NCBI GenBank assembly: GCA_051530055.1
Contig: JBMGUZ010000006.1
Span: forward strand, 1-64,000
DNA: 64,000 bases
Reading direction: 5' to 3'
Origin: Neoechinorhynchus agilis
Taxonomy: Eukaryota > Animalia > Acanthocephala
The notes under the pieces are model-generated. The model had not been told where the DNA came from. It was given only the letters and a program-made list of their open reading frames with translations, and ran no database searches. Below, one piece after another: positions 48,997-62,441 of the stretch; positions within the stretch are counted from its first letter, which is position 1, and every line of letters starts with the position of its first letter. The translations under genes were made by a program, and so were the position numbers.

Positions 48997-51106
48997 CCAA
49001 CAGCTCACAAAATAAGGGAGATGCATTGCCGCGTATAAGAAGATATTACGATAAATCCTCGAGATTACGCGTGTTTTTTATTTTTCGTAAAGATGAGACA
49101 TTCGGAATCATGAGGCAAAAGTCATTGAACAAATTATGGTATTCGGCTACGCTCGGAGGTGATCTCTCCATTGTACTGTGCGATTTGGAGACGCTGATTA
49201 GGGAGACCTCGAGAATGGACATAGAGCTCATACTCCAGAGCAACTCAGCCTCCTGGGTAGTTGCGCATTTGATTCAAATGTGGAAGCTAAGATCGGCCGC
49301 ATCATACCGAAACTATCGTTGCTGTGTGATAGGGTCAGCGCTGTCTCCGCTCACGAAGCATTATTTCTGATAAAGAACGCACTCTTTCTCCCGAAATTGT
49401 TATTGGCAACAATCTTCAAACATAAAGAAGGATTGGCCGAGCTCGACGACAAGGTGAGGGCTTGTCTCTAGCGTATTTTAAATGTACAGCTCTCAGATGA
49501 GGCGTGGCGACAATCTTCATTGCCTGTGTCATGCCTTTCTTGGCGAAAAAAATTCTAAGGGAAAAGGTTTTGTCTTGACCAAGAATTTGTGGTGGCAGTT
49601 GAGGAATGGTGCCAGCATGCAGGAACTAACCATGTTCCCGTGAATGGCGTCAGACAGTTGATCTGGGAAAGGCCTTTCGCCGCGAGAACTCACAGCTCTC
49701 TACTTTCAGGTTTTCGTGATGGGGTCGTCCGAGCTCGATTGTCGGCAATTTCGACACGAAAATCGGGGCGTGGTTGGAGGCTGTACCTCTGGCATCCTTG
49801 GGAACTCTTCTCACTGATGAGGTAACGAGGATCGCAGTTTCCTTAAGACTTGGTCTCCCGATGAGCACGCACTATCGCTGTCGATGTGAGTCTTTGGTTG
49901 ATGCTTTTGGGCGACACGGTTTCGTTTGCCAAAAGTCAGGAGGAAGGTTCTCACGCCATTCTGAGATCAATAGCGTAATTTCTCCGGCGTCGAGAACGGC
50001 GAACTAACCCAACATTTTGGAACCCACCAATCTTTGTCGACATCTCTTTCTAGATTTTCATTTGCAAGACATTTGTAAAATTCTGCCTTTTAAAATTTAC
50101 TTAAGGTCATGTTGCCTTGCAATTCACTGATTATTGATAATCTCATACGAGAATTTGTTAAATTGGAGGGTCTCTGTTTCTTTAGATGTGAAAAAGTGAC
50201 CAAGTTATCATTGGGGGCCTTGGACATAATATTATTCATTTCAGTTAATTTTATACAGATTAGATTTTATTTGATGGTTTGAAATTAATGATAGTCTTGT
50301 CATTGAAAACCACTTTAGTCTTTAGATCGAACTTTCCAAATTCAAATAAAATAAGATCGTGTCCCATGGATTTCTGATCTAGAATTTGAGCCCTCACTCT
50401 CACTGTCGATCGACCAAGCGGGTTAATGCATCTTGAAGGTACTGAACCGCGAAACCAACTGAAAAGGAAGTGGCATTCTTTAGGTAAAGCATTACGAAAC
50501 TGTTCACAAATACGTCCATCTTCCCAATGTAGACGACTCGAATCTCTTCTTGTGCGCACTGAACACATTTAGTTTAATAGTTGGCATTACTCCTCGTGCA
50601 AAGTGGCATTTTTGACGTCAATCGTCCTTGGACATTGCTTGCCGGATGCTTTTTCGGAGGGCTCCTGTGAACTGATCGAATTTATAGACCTGTCTCTTTT
50701 TGAGCCTCCGGATGTCGCTCTTGGGTTTTTTCTCTAACGAATGGGATCCTGAGGACCGCTAAGACATCACTATTCATTTCCCTCTTTCTCGAACTTCCAC
50801 CAGCTGATTCTGTTGGTCGTTGAAACTTCTCGATTTCCCGATCCTCATAACCATCGATACCATGCAAATAAATGCAAAGATTATTAAGAACTATAATATT
50901 TCTCAATACCAAATCGATCAAGGAACGTCATTATTCCAGCGCGTGAACAATATTTATAACGTGCTTTTTAGTATTGCGGAAGGAAAAATGTTGTCATTAA
51001 GACATGTCAATTGCTGTTTTTTTATCAAGAGATAGAATCTACAACCTATTGATTTTTATTGATACTTTTATTAATAGGAAGGGACACTTTCTTTTTGATA
51101 GTTACT

Positions 51107-51418
51107 TTACTCTTGAATTTGACATTCATCTTTTGGCAATTTAATCTCAATAAGCTTATCCAATTCCTCCTTAGGTGTTGATTTGTTCATAGGTGTAATT
51201 ATATTTCGATACTTCATTTCTACCCTGAGCTTGGGAGAATCTACACGGATATCGTCTTTTGGATTCATACTATGACGTTCACAAGATAGCTTTTCATTTA
51301 ATATTTTATAGCAATTCTCTCGATTGCTTTTGTATCTCCCATTTAGATGCAGTGGTCCGAAATGCACACTCAGAGTATTAATACTATTAATTTTTTGGCA
51401 CAATAAACATTTTAGCAT
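51107..51418 (-). CDS. Hypothetical 103-aa protein with N-terminal CxxC, intact
   Basis: ATG-to-TAA ORF; second intact copy at 62130-62441. Confidence 0.4.
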   Translation of the reverse strand: MLKCLLCQKINSINTLSVHFGPLHLNGRYKSNRENCYKILNEKLSCERHSMNPKDDIRVDSPKLRVEMKYRNIITPMNKSTPKEELDKLIEIKLPKDECQIQE

Positions 51419-52476
51419 ATTGGTGAAACTATCATCGTCGTTTTTAGTGCTTCTTTTCCTACTATTTCATTCATTATTTAAGTTGGAATTATAAGATTGA
51501 GGCCTTTGAGCTTGTTGGAATTGTTTTCGATTCCGCAAGTTCAAAATTAGCGTCCATATTTGCATTTTACCTGCAGGGGGGCTGAATTCAAATCTTTTTC
51601 TTCGTTCAATGACCACAAAACGGTTTCAATTAAATTAAATGCTTCAAAAGAGAAGAGATATTGGATAACGGTTTCGAGACCATTTTCGTCCGCGTTCCAT
51701 CCTTTCAAAAATCTAATGAAATCCAAGCAAGAAATTTTTCTATTAAATCGAGGGTGGAAATTTCGGACAAATTTACATCATGAGATCTCGAATTGAATCT
51801 GTATTTTTGGGGTATTTTTGGAAGTAAAATTTGATGAAATGGGTTAATCGATCAATAGATAGCGAGGTATTAGCACAAACGTTTTTCCCTCCACATATTT
51901 CGGAACATCACGTGTATGGTTTCCTCAATGAAAAGTAGCCAATCAGCATGCTCTAATTACCTGTCTTTGTAAAAAGCATCGAATTTTAATGCTAAAGTAA
52001 CTGTAAGGTATTAACAACAACTAAGTCGCTTGTTCCGAAACGAATTTTCACGCCTCATTAGTTGTGTGTCATTAATTTTACGGTTCAATCGACAGATAAA
52101 AATCGACTTCTTTAACACGTATCGGTGTTTCAACCGTAGACAATCAATACGTTTGTGATATCCGTTGTAATGTCTTGATAAGTGTCGCAAGCGATACAGT
52201 AAAGAATTTTCGAATCAGAATGTTGCAATTCAGCGGAGTTTTAGTGATATGAAATGTCATAAAATTTGCAGAAATTGCATTAGTTTTGATTTGGAATGAT
52301 TTGAAAATCACCTGCCATTCGAAGCGCTGCGTCAGGTTTATAGAAACATTTTGCTGTTAAGTAACTGAACTTTTTCGTGGATCATTAGAAAACCTGATAA
52401 AGAAAGTAAAGCCTCCAAAATCTCGACTAACCGTAGTTTCCTAATTTTAGACAGTTCAGAGCTACAGATTTGAAGT

Positions 52477-53322
52477 ATGACGACAAGACAACCATTCAGG
52501 ATAAGGGCACCACCAATCGAGGAAAGCGCACAATTCCTGCGGAACCACATCTCTGGTCAGCCCAATAGTTTCAGTCATCCAGATCCACCAACGTTCAACA
52601 TTATTCACCAAGGTCACCAAATATATAATCCCTTCGATGATGATATTTACCTCGATCGAGAAGTCGAAAAAATTTTGGAAAACGCAGATAATACTATAAA
52701 TAATTGTGCACCTCCGCCCGGCTTTGATGATTTCACTTTTATTTTCAATGAGTCACCACCAAGCATAGATGACTTCAGTAATAATCATTCATCGATTGGA
52801 AATGAAGAATATTGCTTACCTCCACCAGGTTTTGAAAATTGCTCATTTTCTTATTACGATTACGAGCCCGAAAACGAAGGATACTTCTCAACTCCACCAG
52901 GTTTCGAGAACGTGACTTTTGATTATTACGATTCACGATCAGGAATGGACGAATATGGCTCACCTCTTCTCTATTGTGAGAATCCGGCCTTTAATCACGT
53001 TTGGAATGGAAACGAAGATTACTACGAATCGTTTCTCGATTTTCAGGAATCAACCGTTATATTTAATGAGTCGTCGTTGGAATTCGAAAAATACAGCGAG
53101 TTTTTCACTTTATTTAGTGAAGTAGAGCCAAAAGAACCTCAAGGTCGTTATGTACGCCCAGCGACGTGCAAGATAATAGATTTGCAGGAAAGTAGCACGC
53201 AAACGGAGCCGAATATCGTATCGAAACCTTGGAATGGATTGACAACAATAAAGAATATTATTGATGCCGTCTACCAAGTGGCCGTTGCGGCATTCAACTA
53301 CTTCAGAAGGATATTTTTCTGA
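52477..53322 (+). CDS. 281-aa PPGF-repeat protein, copy 3
   Basis: Intact ORF. Confidence 0.75.
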   Translation: MTTRQPFRIRAPPIEESAQFLRNHISGQPNSFSHPDPPTFNIIHQGHQIYNPFDDDIYLDREVEKILENADNTINNCAPPPGFDDFTFIFNESPPSIDDFSNNHSSIGNEEYCLPPPGFENCSFSYYDYEPENEGYFSTPPGFENVTFDYYDSRSGMDEYGSPLLYCENPAFNHVWNGNEDYYESFLDFQESTVIFNESSLEFEKYSEFFTLFSEVEPKEPQGRYVRPATCKIIDLQESSTQTEPNIVSKPWNGLTTIKNIIDAVYQVAVAAFNYFRRIFF

Positions 53323-56289
53323 CCGTTCAAAGTTAAGTATCGATTATTTATAAAATGTGTTATTATTATATAGTTTTGTAACTGTTCGTGAAATTAAAAA
53401 TGTTTCATATTCGAACAAGGCCTTGGTTCATTAGCACTTATACAATCATACAAATATTTGGGAGCACTTGATTTTTATATCGCACTATTTCTTTATTTGT
53501 GGTAGCCAATCCTCCAATGTTCTAAATTTGAATTAGTGAGAGCGTTGGTAAGCGTGTACACGAAGTTGCAAATGATAAGAGTAGAAGAGAAAAAGGATGA
53601 GGTTCCATAGAAGCGATTCTTAAAAGAGAGAATTTGCATTACAAAAAGATATTTTTTGTTAGAAAGAGAAGTTTAGAAGAGTGAGATTTAAGAATAAATT
53701 TTTGGAGTCCTCCAGAGAAACCAATATGCTGATTTGTTGAAGAGGAGCAAGAGGAAGAATATGAGAATCATAATTATCAAAAGGAAACAATGTATAAAAG
53801 CCGCTTTCTTGAAAACATAACATTTTAACATAATTATCAAATACACAAGGAGTAAGAAAAACGGGAAGACGCGAAGCCCTAGAGGCGGATTTAAATTTAT
53901 CTGCAATTCTGCTTGATATAAGATCCAATGAAGGCAAGCATTCTTCAAATCAAACATCAGATTTAGAAATTCTATTTTGGCGAATTAAATTGGTAGCGTA
54001 AAACTATTTTCTAATCGATTAAAGTAAAACAAGATTGTAAAACAAGGATTTATTGATCTCTACGAGTGTAGTTATTCAAAGTAAGTGCTTATGATAAATA
54101 CCATGGAAAATTGAAAATATTTTAAAAAGTAAATCAATTCATCTGTTGATTTGAGTTTCTTTTTAAACAGCCGTAATCAAAATCAGTGCCAAATATAAAA
54201 CCAAATATCTATGTGTAGCCCTTTTCACGACTGATAATTTTCCTTGGGCGCGCAGCCCACCGATATAAACCGTAAAAAGGCCCCACGTAGATACTGGATA
54301 AAAGTTACCGGTTGATCAAACTTCAAAAAAAATAAAATAATTGCAATATCTATGATAAGGGGACACAAGATTTTCTAACGGTTCTACAAAAATTTAATTT
54401 TTCAACTACTTGACCTTCCGCGCACGTTTTGTTATGCAGAGGCAACGCCGTTCTCAAAGCACGACAAAGCTGGAAATTAGAATTACTTTGTTCTACATCT
54501 TAATTTATCATTTGATACCTTTTAATCATTTGCAACTATAATTGTGATCGTATAATTTTTACAGTCTTTTAAAGTTACACAAACAATATTGTAATATTTC
54601 CAATATTTTATACCGTGGTCAACCTAAAAAGCGTCGAATAAAAACTATTTACATTTTGTAAGAAAAATGTTTAATGTGAATTATTTTTTAAAGATGACCG
54701 GATCGTTTGGTAATTCTTGATCATTAAATCACTTTAAGTATTGCCATTAAATTCGGATACGACGATGCTCGAAATCTCCATTCAACACTTTAGGGCATCG
54801 AATGCGAATTTTGATGGTAGCAATAATATTTTCCTGAGCTTTCTATTGCTCATCCATCATTTCATTCTTCGAACAAGAAGTCTGTATCGATTTTTAATAA
54901 AATGCTGGTCCAAAGATCGTAGAAATTTTCAAGCTTTCGTGTTTTGCTGTGAAATATTCTAATATGTCTAAAAAAGCGGTCTTGTAGTTATTTTCCTTGA
55001 AAGACGACCATTGGATTGAAATGACCTGAAGAATATTGTTAATGCTTTTTATTGCCTCGAAAAAGCATGGGCGTTGTATACTAAGTAGAGTTTGCGGTGG
55101 AAACTCTTGACTCGATTTCAATGAAGTTAATTTTTGAATACACGATTTATTTTAACGACTTTTATATTTATCTCACTTTGGTTTTTAGAAAAGATTCAAA
55201 TATACTTGTATTGGAAGGTAAAAATTAATTATAATTTTAGTCTTTTAAGCTCTGTTGGATTCATCGCAACTTTCAAGGTAAGGTGTTTATTGACGAGTTC
55301 ATAGATAGCGAAGAGCGCAAGAAGTTTTTCTCCGTGAGTTAAGGTAAGGCTCACTTTTCAAAGAACATCAAAAGAGTATCGATTTTCGCTAACGAACTCT
55401 CACTGCGAAAAACAGCTTTCTAACTTTCACTTCTATCTCGAAACAATTTACAGTAAGTTGCGGCCTCAGGCCAAAGCCCAATGACGAGTACAGTGTCCGT
55501 TCGGACGCTTCAGAGGGCAACGAAAAAAATTAAAGAAAATTTTTGTATCCATCGATGAAGATTTCTGTTTGTTTCAATTCCACAATTCGGGATGAAAATG
55601 GACATTGAAGATGTCAATGTGACCGCGAAGCATCGACATCCTGAAGGAAATGAATTCACATTTCCAAAAACCAATTCTAGCATTTACGCAAAAGGTTTTA
55701 TAACTTTAGCTTTTCGCCAGAAAGATTACATTAACGTTTCATTTGACTTTGTTTCTTCAACTGTTAAAAAAATACATTATCTTAACCGGTCGAACACTTT
55801 CGAGTGTACCAATGAACAAAAATTTATGCCAATATGATCGCATTATTAATAAAACGCGTTATGTTCCCTCTACAAATCGAAACCAAATCAATAACAAATC
55901 ATTAATTTTGTATTTTTTCATGTCGACCAGAAAATAATGTTAAAACAATGAATTAAACTCGTTAAGACGACTAAGTGACGGAATCAATGGATATGGACGA
56001 AGACATGGGTGGATTTTCATTCATGGAGTGAGCCATGAACACCTCGGGAACATACAACGAAAACCTCAACATCGTGCGAATTCAAGGGATTCACAGTACC
56101 TCGATACCAAGTTAAAAAATGACCATTTTGGATCTCAATAACGACGAACCCCGTTCAACACAGGGAATCCCTTAACAAGGCTTACGCAGCGCCGTAGCTC
56201 AAATCACTCAAAGACGATTACAATCATATTAAGTCAATTTCGCTTAATGGTTTAGTTTTGAAAATTCACTTCATCTCCGATTTATTTAA

Positions 56290-56900
56290 GAAAAACGTGA
56301 TACAATTTTATGCAGTTCCCCAGGAGCAGCAGTCGCAGCTGAATGCGCAGCCTAAGTGATTTGGAGGTATTGAGCTCACCATTCACATCGGTATGATTTT
56401 TCTGGCAATAGATCTGTCCCTCAGTAATTTCCCGCTATTATCCCTATCTGGGCCTGATTCTCACGTCTATAACGCATCATTAAATGGTAAAGTGATCGCT
56501 TCTTCATGGACAACTATGGCAAATTCTCGGTGCTTGGGACGATTGCGTTTTTTGGGAAGCGCCTCATCATCTGACATGAGTGTCGGCAGAGATTTTCGAC
56601 TGATGCTTATGCTGACATGAAGGATTCGGCTCGCCAGTATTGTTGCATAGAGGCGTTTTAGTGTCATACGGGGTGATAAACAGCCTACACCATTTCGACT
56701 GTCCATTGGTAGATAGGGTAAGACGACCAGCTCCTCCTAGTACGTTGGACACCCCTTCATGCGGCAATTCCAAAAGATCCATTCTGAAAACTTGCCAATT
56801 TGCCAGGTTCACGCCACGTGCATACTCCTACAATTCAAGGATCCGATTCGTAGTCCTCTTCTATTTGAAATAGCTGGGTCAAAGGGCTCACGGCTGTCAG
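56290..56900 (-). mobile_element. Degraded RTE-like element: APE endonuclease start joined by deletion to the RT start
   Basis: GLRIGSLNCRSM, NGVGCLSPR...SRILHVSI, then SGPD..IA..RKIIP, similar to the 41902 fragment. Confidence 0.6.
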
Positions 56901-57199
56901 CGCCACCTGAACAGTCCGTACCCACCACGGTGATGAGCTTCGACTGACGCTTTCGTTTCCTCCAGCGACAGTTTCGCTCATTTCGACGCTCAAGTCGTCG
57001 GCGAGAGCAACGATGCCCTCGCTTTTTCCCGTTGCACTGATGGATTTTGTAGCTCCTATTCGCTGCCGCATCACCAAGTGGAGCGGCACACCGACCCCCG
57101 CGTTGACAGGCTACTATCAGTAGCTGTCTGGCCGTCGGAGCTGCTTCTTTTACGTGACCGACAAGAATCAGTAACATCGAGTCCGATCATCGTGAAAGA

Positions 57200-60100
57200 G
57201 GCTCGAAGAGTTCTCGGCGAACATCCTAAGCTTAAAAATGTCGATATGAGAGATACCGGGGAACGTGATTAGCCGTCTATTACTAACAAACTGATGATGA
57301 ACCCGATGAGCTTCGAAACGTCTTTAATAAATACTCATTTACCGGGTGTAGACTCCTAACTATAGTTAGGCAAATTAATTGCTTCGATGAAACCCCGCGT
57401 GCTCTTTCCCTTTACGGGAGGAATTAAATTCTGGTCAGCATTACACTGGCCTTGTAGAGCTCGTTTCCAACTGAACAAGGATAGAGGTAGGATCAAATCA
57501 CTCCTTCCATACTCTTCTCAATGGTATTGCGTTGTCTCTAAGAAAAAATTCGTTCCTTCGCAGCAAGCAGCTACATCGTGGATTAAAACCTCGGGCCTCA
57601 ACAACGTGGTCAAAACTCTTTGTGACTTTCATTCTGGAGAATGCTTACCAGCATTATATGCAGTTTCCTTGCCTGTCAAACCAAGACGCCATGATCTTGC
57701 AATTTCCGATATTGTGCTCCACGAGGACGGACAGTTTCCGACGGCTCATCAATACTTGGAAGCTTCACGAATGCAATTGACAACGGGTAATTATGAAGAC
57801 AATGCTGCCGAGTTTCGTCCCATTGGTGCAAAAGTTCGGTTTGCGATAAGTCTTTAGTTCAAAATATTTTTAGGCTTGGCTTGGCTCACGGCTCCGGACT
57901 CCCCGTGGCGGCCCTCCACGACAGATCTCCGGGACCTCAGATCACAACTGACTCTATTTGGTCTGATATGGGGTGATAGGTCTCTACCTGAAACGGATCC
58001 CAGACATCAGGTCGCCACTGGGCGGATTCCCTTAACGATTGCCTAATAAATATCCTCATCACGGCTCTTCCCGCGTCAGTTCTTTGAACCAGTGATGATT
58101 TTGAAGTGTCTTGACTTCGAAAAGATAGTTTAACAATTTCGAAATGATTTCCGCGGCAAGCCTCGTAGCGGCGCGGGCTTGCCGTCGTCTTGAGATTTGC
58201 CTTTAACTCTATCAATAGGAGAATGCATGCTCTTCGAATACGTACCATAAATTCCAGTAGCTTTTCAATGTCGGACTTTGCTTTTTGAAGACCACCTCAT
58301 TTGGTACGAAAGAGGAGTGCAGCAAGGAGATCCTCTCGATCCAATCGCATTCTCCCTAACAGTAAATCCAATAGCGCACTCTCTCTATTCCAGCTTCAGC
58401 GCTTGGTATTTGGATGCGGCTACACTCGGAGGAGATCCCTCCGTTGTACTGTGCGATTTGGAGACGCTGATTAGGGACACCTCGAGAATGGACATAGAGC
58501 TCATACTCCAGAGCAACTCAGCCTCTTGGGTAGTTGCGTATTTGATTCAAATGTGGAAGCTGAGATCGGCCGGATCATACCGAAACTTTCGTTGCTGTGT
58601 GATAGGGTCAGCGCTCTCTCGGCTCACGAGGCATTATTTCGGATAAAGAACGCACTCTTTATCCCGAAATAGGCCTTCGATCGCGATCTTATTGGATTAA
58701 CTGTACTTTTTAATTCCATATTGCAAATAGGACATCCTCCAAAAGCTTGGCTGGAGAACAAAACAATTCTCCTACCAAAGAACAATTCGAGCTCTCGATC
58801 ATATACGGATCCAAAATCTGTGCGGCCGATCACAATATCGTCGATTTTACTACGAATTTTCCACCGTATAATACTCGCAAGATTACGAACAGCATGCCCT
58901 GTGTCTGAACATCAAACAGCGTTTGACAGTACATCATGCTTATCAAACATCCTTCGTTTGACAGTACATCATGCTTATCAAACATCCTTATATTAAGGAG
59001 TCTTATGAAGCAAAAGCGTTACGAAAAGAAACCGCTCCATATAGCGGTACTAGACATTACGTCCGCATTTGACACGGTAAGTCATGAAACTGTGTCCAGA
59101 ACATTACGAGAGCGCGACTGCCCTCCTTATTTACGGCGATATCTTATGGAGGTGTTAATGTCTTCGCACACCCGGCTACATCTACCTAACTCGAAACCGT
59201 CGGACCCTATTTATTTTCGCCGAGGCGTTAAGCAAGGTGATCCTCTGTCGCCATTTATTTTTGCATTATGCATTGATGATGCGCTTCAGCAGGTGGACAG
59301 GTTAGGTCTGGGTAGCTTAATAAGATCTCGTCGTCTAAGTCAGCTTGTATATGCAGACGATATTCTCTTGCTTTCAGATCAGAAAAAAGACTTACAATCC
59401 ATGATTGATCGGCTATCATCTCTTTTAAAGGAAAAGGATTTACATTTTTCGCCACACAAATGTAGGACTTACTCCCAATCGTACATTAACGGCAACAAAA
59501 TAATTGCACACGACCCTCAATTCGAAATCGATGGAATGAAGCTGAACACAATATTAAACGGTGATCCAGTGCAGTATCTCGGAGGCACTCCTTGGATGCC
59601 TACAACAATTGACTCCATCAAGAATGATATTACTCATTTATTCTTAAAAACCAAGGAAGCAGGCCTAAGACCAACACAAGCAGCGCATCTAATTAACGAC
59701 TACGGACTGCCCCAAATTATAGCAAAACTTCAGGCAGCTCATGACATTTCCGTATCAAACATTGATACAGTCGAACAATTCTGGCGGACCAAGCTGAGGA
59801 AACTTTTATTTTTACCTCACTTTCTGAACGATGGTGCAATATTCCTGCCCCTGAACAAAGGTGGTCTAGGATACAAATCTATTAAACAATCAGTCATGGA
59901 TATGCGACTAAAAGTATACAAACGCAAAGAAACGTTGCTCCGAACTCGAAATTTTATCGGAATATAAAAAAACTGTCCAAAAATATTTCGAAGGACTTGG
60001 TTCGACTGAAGAAATTATTGATACCGCGCGCGCTAAGGCACTGCATATTTCGAGTAACATCAATAAGTGGACGAAAGCGAAGACGCAATCGCAAGGAATT

Positions 60101-60850
60101 GAATCGTTCACAAATGGAAACTTCGAACGAAAATCTTTATCATTCCGATACAGACAAGACAGCCACAAACATTACAAGGAATTGGTAAAGATGCGATTCC
60201 AATTGCTCGAAGTAGGCGCGAATTTGGCAACAATAGACCACGACAGGACGAGGAAATGTCGACATTGTTCAGCCGAAGCTGAAACACAAATGCATGTGCT
60301 AAACAGCTGCCCCTACAGTACGGGCATGATGATAGAGCGCCATGATGCCGTACAAAATCGATTCATATGGGCTCTAAACAAGAGATGGGGTTCTCGGTAT
60401 GAAGTACTAACCGAGAATCGTATCCACGATCCTGGAGGGCAGCTGTACAAACCGGATGCTATATTGGTCGATAGAAACGCGAAAAAAGCAATCATAACTG
60501 ACTTTGCCGTATACTATGAAACTACAAATGAACGGGCAGAGGAAATTATGAATGCGAAGGAGGACAAATATAAGGCCATTAAAGAAGAGGTAGCCATAAA
60601 GCTGGGATTTGCTCCTCACCGCGTATCGACAATGGGCCTCGCCGTCGGCTCAAGAGGCACATATTCAAATGGAATAACAAGGCGGCTCAATATCATTGGT
60701 CTATCCTCAGGCACCGCACTAAACATGGCTTCAACGGCAGCGGAAAAAAGCCTCAAGACATTCCACGTCTTCATGAGCAGAAGCCGAAGGACGAATCATC
60801 TTTATACAACTTAAAGAAAAAGAGGAAAGCAACATTCTTCAAGCATAAGG
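57200..60850 (+). repeat. Inverted copy of ~32619-36130
   Basis: Mirrored ORFs 32658-33290/60182-60814, 34440-34808/58278-58646, 35682-35954/57387. Confidence 0.9.
58721..60850 (+). mobile_element. R2-like RLE non-LTR retrotransposon, 5'-truncated, with complete RT core, CCHC and endonuclease; two frameshifts
   Basis: RPITISS..RIFH, LDITSAFD, RGVKQGDPLSPFIF, YADD, YLG, PLNKGGLG, CCHC, KPD..D...K; 35-bp tandem duplication near 58920-58990 and a frameshift near 59940. Confidence 0.9.
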
Positions 60851-62129
60851 AAGGATTGGCTGAGCTCGACGACAAGGTGAGGGCTTGTCTCGAGCGTATT
60901 TTAAATGTACAGCTCTCAGATGAGGCGTGGCGACAATCTTCATTGTCTGTGTCATCTAAGGGAATGGGCATTCGGGCGCCAGTAGACCTTGCCTTGCCAT
61001 CCTTTCTTGGATCGTTTGAGGGGAGTCAACCAATAGCGAAGAAAATTCTGAGGGAAAAGTTTTGTCTTGGCCAAGAATTTGTGGTGGCAGTTGAGGAATG
61101 GTACCAGCATGTTCCCGCGCCGTGACAGTTGATCCGCTGCTGGTGAGATCTCACAGCTTCGGCGATGGGGTCGTCCGTCGGCAATTTCGACACGAAAATC
61201 GGGGCGTGGCCGGATACCTCCGGCATCCCAACTTTTCCTTCATCGATGAAAACGAGGATCGCAGTTTCCCAAGATTTGTCTCGATGTACGCACCATCGGC
61301 CAAATCGATGTGAGTTTTTTACTGATGATTTTGCATTTGCCTAATTTGTCAAGAGGAATTGTCGCCACGCCATTCTGAGATCAAATATGCAATTTCCTGG
61401 AACGGCGAACTTCAACATCTTGGAACCCACCAATTCGATATTCTGTCATTGAAAACCACTTATCTTTAGATCGAATTGTCCAAATTCAAATAAAATAAGA
61501 TCGTGTTCCTTCGATCTAGAATTTGAATTTCTCACTCCACAAGTCGACGACTGCTGGTTCATGTCTTGGAAGGTATTGAGCAGTAACCAACTGAAAGGAA
61601 GTGGCATTCCTTGTGTACGAATGTTTAGAAACTGTTCACAAATATGTCCATCTCACAACGACTCGAATTCGTTTGTGCGCATCGAACACATTTAGTTCAA
61701 TATTGGCATTACCTCTTGCGTAGCGGTATTTTGACGTCGTACTTGGCCGCTTGCCGGATGCTGATCCTGTGAATATGACCGCTAAGGCATCAATATTCAT
61801 TTCCCTCTTTCTCGAACTTCCACCAGCTGATTCTGTTGGTCGTTGAAACTTCTCGATTTCCCGATCCTCATAACCATCGACACCATGCAAATAAATGCAA
61901 AGATTATTAAGAACTATAATATTTCTCAATGCCAAATCGATCAAGGAACGTCATTATTCCAGCGCGTGATCAATATTTATAATGTGCTTTTTAGTATTGC
62001 GGAAGGAAAAATGTTGTCATTAAGACATGTCAATTGCTGTTTTTTTATCAAGAGAAAGAATCTACAACCTATTGATTTTTATTGATACTTTTATTAATTG
62101 GAAGGGACACTTTCTTTTTGATAGTTACT

Positions 62130-62441
62130 TTACTCTTGAATTTGACATTCATCTTTTGGCAATTTAATCTCAATAAGCTTATCCATTTCCTCCTTAGATG
62201 TTGATTTGTTCATAGGTGTAATTATATTTCGATACTTCATTTCTACCCTGAGCTTGGGAGAATCTACACGGATATCGTATTTTGGATTCATACTATGACG
62301 TTCACAAGATAGCTTTTCATTTAATATTTTATAGCAATTCTCTCGATTGCTTTTGTATCTCCCATTAAGATGCAGTGGTCCGAAATGCACACTGAGAGTA
62401 TTAATACTATTAATTTTTTGGCACAATAAACATTTTAGCAT
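62130..62441 (-). CDS. Hypothetical 103-aa CxxC protein, second intact copy
   Basis: ORF track. Confidence 0.4.
   Translation of the reverse strand: MLKCLLCQKINSINTLSVHFGPLHLNGRYKSNRENCYKILNEKLSCERHSMNPKYDIRVDSPKLRVEMKYRNIITPMNKSTSKEEMDKLIEIKLPKDECQIQE

Noticed and set aside
8200-53650. Large inverted repeat as a pure fold-back read or amplification chimera
   Set aside because: The arms differ in SNPs, satellite copy number and end points, with ~25 kb of other sequence between them. An artefact is not fully excluded without reads
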